From: Flavobacteriales bacterium
GTDB lineage: Bacteria; Bacteroidota; Bacteroidia; Palsa-965
Assembly: GCA_040377305.1 (NCBI GenBank)
Contig: JBEIPA010000004.1
Coordinates: 186,615 to 250,614, forward strand
Reading direction: 5' to 3'
Length of the DNA: 64,000 nucleotides
In this document: positions 60,407 to 64,000 of the stretch, piece after piece
How the letters are laid out: every line of letters begins with the position of its first letter
Numbering within the stretch: the stretch's first letter is position 1
Translations under genes and position numbers: made by a program
The notes under the pieces: generated by a model
The model's input: the letters and a program-made list of their open reading frames with translations, nothing else
Told to the model about the DNA's origin: nothing
Database searches by the model: none

Positions 60407-63400
60407 ATGAAACAATACCCTAGAATATTTTCCCTTTCCACAGTTGGTGTAATTTATCACAACAACTGCGATTACCTGATGCACCCGCTTCGTACCGACT
60501 TCACTGGAGGTTCGGGTTCGGGCAAATCAGTTATCGCCGATCTTCTCCAGCTCATCTTTGTAGCGAAGAAAGAGTTCTGGGAATCGGGAACGGACGTAAT
60601 GACCACCGAGAAACGTACTGTAGAAGGCGTTGTTCTCAAGCAAGGCGGCGATCAGGGCCAAGGCTACTTCGGTTACGCATTTGCGAACGTCGAAGTGGAG
60701 AAAGGCAAATACATCATCGTTGGAACACACATTCAGACAAATGCACGTTCGGTGTTTCCTTTCATCATTCAGAAAGGACACAACTTTGAGTCGGAGCAGG
60801 AAATGAATCTCGAACCTTGCGACAGCTTCCTGTTGTACCGCGATTTTCTTCCAGGCAATCAGATTCTTCCAATCGATAAGATGCGTGAGAATTTCGAGAA
60901 GCGTGGTTACATCATGAAACAGTACAACCAACGTACTGCTGAGTTCCACCGCATTCTGTATAACAACCAGATTCTGTCAACGGATTTCAGTAACGACGAT
61001 AAGAAGCTGAAGACGTTTGCACAGATTCTCCAGTCATTCGCTCGTGGTAAGGGTGTTGGTGCGAAATCAGAAGACCTGAAAAACTTCTTGTTCGCAAATG
61101 ACGATGACCAGAACAAAGAGTACGAAAAGCGCAAGAAAGAAATCGAAGAAGCTCACGAAGAATACAAGCGTCGTGCGCGCGTGTATGAAACAGTGAAGCT
61201 GAAAAAAGATCGCCTCTTGTCGTTGCTCGAAGACAAAAAGAAACGCGACACAGCATTACACCGCGCATTGCTGACAGAAACCGGCTGGGCATTCCAGCAA
61301 CGTGAAGTGATCGGAAAAGATCTCATTCGCACGCAGAAGGAAACGGCTCACGTGAATTTGCAGCAGATCCAGTTGGAGACTCGTGTGAATGATCTCAACA
61401 TGGAAGCCGTAGAGCGTGAGCTTGATAGTATAACCGGGGAGCGTGAACGTCTCGAAACAGAATTAGAGAACCGCAAAAAGCAGCGCGACTTCGCTGAGAA
61501 GAACCGTTCAAGTTATGAGAAGGCATACACCATTTCACAGAACGACTACGACGATGCAAGCGCGAAGTGGAGCAAAGTGCGTGCAGCTGAATTGTGGATC
61601 AAAGCCTACAAGACGGTTGATTTACTGAAGGAAGAATTCCGCAAGCAGGATGGAATGCTGAAAGAGCGCCAGAAACTTCGCGAGTTTGTTGACTTCATGA
61701 CGCGTAAGCATATCACGGAGCAGTTCGAAACTTCTTCCTGGTCGCGCGACTACAGAATGGCGCAAGCTGAGTATGACGGAATCATGGATCAATTGGATTC
61801 ACAGATTACGCGTCTCGAAGAAATCATGCCGTTGTTCGATAAAGACAACAAAGATTCAGTAGTTCAGTGGGCGATTCGCAATGCAGGAAAGCTTTCGAAG
61901 GAAGAAGAATCTGTTCTCATGCATTTCAAAACTCTGGGCACGAAAAAGCCGGGAGAGAAATCAGACGGCGAGCGATACATTCCTGATCCGGAAGCAGTTT
62001 ACAAAAACCTGAAGCCGGTCGACAAAGACACCAAAGGATTCTGGGTGAACATGGGCGGCGTTATGGAGTACGTAACGTACGTTCAGAAGCAGATGTTCAA
62101 CAATCCGGACACGATTGAGAAAGAGTTGCAGAAGTACGGCAACACGATTGAGATTGAGCTGAAGAAATTACATGCTGATCGTTTTGAGCAGCGCATGCTT
62201 CGCGATCACCTCATGGAGTTTGGATTCAACACTTCTGTATCTGATGCATGGCTGAAGCGGGAAGAGCTGGAGGCGTTTGTGCCGGATGATTCATTGGTGA
62301 TGTCGAAGGACGAGTTTGAAATGATTCTCGATTTGTATTCGAACCCGAAGAGCAATCTGCGTGTTCAGTACGACGAAGCGAAGAAGAACTGGGAAGACGC
62401 ATTGCAAAAGCTTCGTGAGGCAGATGATATCATCTCGAACTCTCAAGGCGGATTGCTTGCGATTGAAGGACAAATCAAACAGCTTGATACTACACAGCTT
62501 CCGGAGAAGGAACGCGAACTCAAAAATTTCCAGGCTACACGCAAAGGTCTCGAAGAACGATTCGCTGACTGGAAGAAGGACGTTGCAACATATCTGAAAG
62601 AAGACGAAGGCGAGAAGTCGCTCGAGAAAGTGAACAAAGAAATTCGCGAGATCGAGAAAGAACACGGTTCGAGCACGAAGATGCTGTACAACGCATTTAC
62701 ACAGCGCTTGCAGGACATTTCACGTCGCCAGGGATCGCTTGAACAGCGTTTGATCGGATTGATGGAACAGATGCCTGCGTTGGAGAATCGTTACCAGGAA
62801 GTGCTCGCACGTTATACACAAGTGATCGGCGAATTCAAGCCGGATGAAATTGTGGACAACGTTGAAGAATCGCAGGTAAACAAACTGAAGGTAACAGTGA
62901 TCACTACTCAGAAATCTTTCGAGTCGAACTTCGAAGGAATTCTGAAAGACGAGAAGTTCAACATTGATGATGAGCGATTGAAAGGAAATCACAAATACGA
63001 TTTCCAGACACTTGCAGAAGTTATGTTGCCGAAGATCATTGTGAATCCGGATCGCGTAGAAGAAGATCTTGCGAGTGATATCGAAGAACATCTGAAGAGT
63101 ATCAACCAGAAGATGAACGAGATCAACGATCACAAGCTCAAGATCATCAATGGTATCTTCTCGAAAATTGAAGAAGTATACACGGAGTACCGCGATCGTA
63201 TCGACGACATGCGCGAGTTCTTCCGTTCGAATAAGATTTCCGGTGGGCACTATGTAGAGATCAACTTCGATCCGTCGAAGTCGTATCCAATCAGCTGGAT
63301 CCGTTCACTGAACAAACAGATTGCGGCGAAAGCGCAGAACATTGGATTGTTCAAGATGTTTGAAAACGAAGGAGAAGGTGCAGATGCAATTATCCTGAAA

Positions 63401-63901
63401 GCGTTCCTCGAGCATAGTGATGGCAAAAACGTGAAGCCCGATATCCGCAAGCTCACGAATCCGAAATCATACTTCGATCTTTCAATCAGCCTCAAAACTC
63501 CGAAAGGAGAAGATGCTCCGGGATCGAACGGTCAGAACTACACGATGCTTGCGCTTCTGTGTATTGCACGACTCTCAATCATCGACAGCGATCGTTTGAG
63601 CCGCAAAGACAGAAAGATCCGCAAAGGTGTTCGCTTCATGACCATCGATGAGGTAGCGGGTCTTGGTGAAAACTTCGACATGCTGTACGAGCTCGCCAAG
63701 AATTACGATTACCAGATTCTCACGATGACGATCGATCCGATTGGTCGTTTCGAAGAGGGCAAGCAGAATATCTACACGTTGCGTAAGAACAACAATCCGG
63801 AGTTCCACAATATCAATCCAACTCCTCTTGCACAGTTCAGTTACGACAACATTGTAGAGCATCTTGACGATTATATTCATGCGCTTCAAACGCAGAATTA
63901 A
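60407..63901 (+). CDS. mksB: MukB/MksB/JetC-like SMC ATPase
   Basis: N-terminal Walker A GGSGSGKS, two long coiled coils around a central hinge-like region, signature GSNGQ, Walker B FMTIDE. Confidence 0.88.
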   Translation: MKQYPRIFSLSTVGVIYHNNCDYLMHPLRTDFTGGSGSGKSVIADLLQLIFVAKKEFWESGTDVMTTEKRTVEGVVLKQGGDQGQGYFGYAFANVEVEKGKYIIVGTHIQTNARSVFPFIIQKGHNFESEQEMNLEPCDSFLLYRDFLPGNQILPIDKMRENFEKRGYIMKQYNQRTAEFHRILYNNQILSTDFSNDDKKLKTFAQILQSFARGKGVGAKSEDLKNFLFANDDDQNKEYEKRKKEIEEAHEEYKRRARVYETVKLKKDRLLSLLEDKKKRDTALHRALLTETGWAFQQREVIGKDLIRTQKETAHVNLQQIQLETRVNDLNMEAVERELDSITGERERLETELENRKKQRDFAEKNRSSYEKAYTISQNDYDDASAKWSKVRAAELWIKAYKTVDLLKEEFRKQDGMLKERQKLREFVDFMTRKHITEQFETSSWSRDYRMAQAEYDGIMDQLDSQITRLEEIMPLFDKDNKDSVVQWAIRNAGKLSKEEESVLMHFKTLGTKKPGEKSDGERYIPDPEAVYKNLKPVDKDTKGFWVNMGGVMEYVTYVQKQMFNNPDTIEKELQKYGNTIEIELKKLHADRFEQRMLRDHLMEFGFNTSVSDAWLKREELEAFVPDDSLVMSKDEFEMILDLYSNPKSNLRVQYDEAKKNWEDALQKLREADDIISNSQGGLLAIEGQIKQLDTTQLPEKERELKNFQATRKGLEERFADWKKDVATYLKEDEGEKSLEKVNKEIREIEKEHGSSTKMLYNAFTQRLQDISRRQGSLEQRLIGLMEQMPALENRYQEVLARYTQVIGEFKPDEIVDNVEESQVNKLKVTVITTQKSFESNFEGILKDEKFNIDDERLKGNHKYDFQTLAEVMLPKIIVNPDRVEEDLASDIEEHLKSINQKMNEINDHKLKIINGIFSKIEEVYTEYRDRIDDMREFFRSNKISGGHYVEINFDPSKSYPISWIRSLNKQIAAKAQNIGLFKMFENEGEGADAIILKAFLEHSDGKNVKPDIRKLTNPKSYFDLSISLKTPKGEDAPGSNGQNYTMLALLCIARLSIIDSDRLSRKDRKIRKGVRFMTIDEVAGLGENFDMLYELAKNYDYQILTMTIDPIGRFEEGKQNIYTLRKNNNPEFHNINPTPLAQFSYDNIVEHLDDYIHALQTQN

Positions 63902-63943
63902 GAGTGCGTAGTTTCCGTGTAATAGCGGAAGGTTTAAGTTGCG

Positions 63944-63980
63944 AAAGTCGGGTGTTGTGACCCGGCTTTTTTTTTTTTTT
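63944..63980 (+). terminator. Intrinsic terminator after the SMC gene
   Basis: AAAGTCGGGT/ACCCGGCTTT stem plus long T run. Confidence 0.75.
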
Positions 63981-64000
63981 AGGGGCGGGAAAAAAAAAAA

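Noticed and set aside
58322-63901. Complete Wadjet anti-plasmid system
   Set aside because: No JetD Toprim gene is visible and a terminator follows the SMC gene; an unlinked jetD outside the window cannot be excluded
1-64000. CRISPR array, cas genes, transposases
   Set aside because: No regularly spaced direct repeats with unique spacers and no recognisable cas or transposase ORFs
63967-64000. Poly-T/poly-A end as a biological hairpin
   Set aside because: Long homopolymers at the very edge look like a low-quality contig end beyond a normal terminator

Overview
A 64 kb chromosomal window from a Bacteroidota bacterium, judged from T9SS-secreted proteins, a PorZ-like gene and many TAnnTTTG promoter elements. 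It appears to span the replication-origin region. A DnaA-box-rich intergenic segment with trinucleotide repeats lies between nadA and rpiB (candidate oriC), and three parS-like palindromes flank mnmG. Most genes are housekeeping (rnr, nadA, rpiB, ferritin, ttcA, folB, gltX, ybeY, mnmG, recO, tRNA-Cys, tRNA-Arg), signalling (PAS kinase/LytTR regulator, ECF/anti-sigma, TPR-SpoIIE, RsbW-like) or secreted proteins. No CRISPR array, prophage or transposase is visible. The most unusual items are: (1) a MukF/E/B-like (MksBEF/JetABC-type) SMC operon ending in a terminator with no JetD/MksG nuclease; (2) an operon mirroring kdsD-kdsA-kdsC but built from an RPE-CBS fusion, a variant type I-beta DAHP synthase and an HTH-KdsC fusion; (3) a ~150-aa beta-rich insertion in glutamyl-tRNA synthetase; (4) tRNA genes with duplicated end fragments; (5) an Sm/Hfq-like small protein, an ECF-divergent structured small RNA candidate, an unannotated small lipoprotein and several palindromic repeat families. 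All calls come from reading sequence and motifs by eye; no database searches were run.
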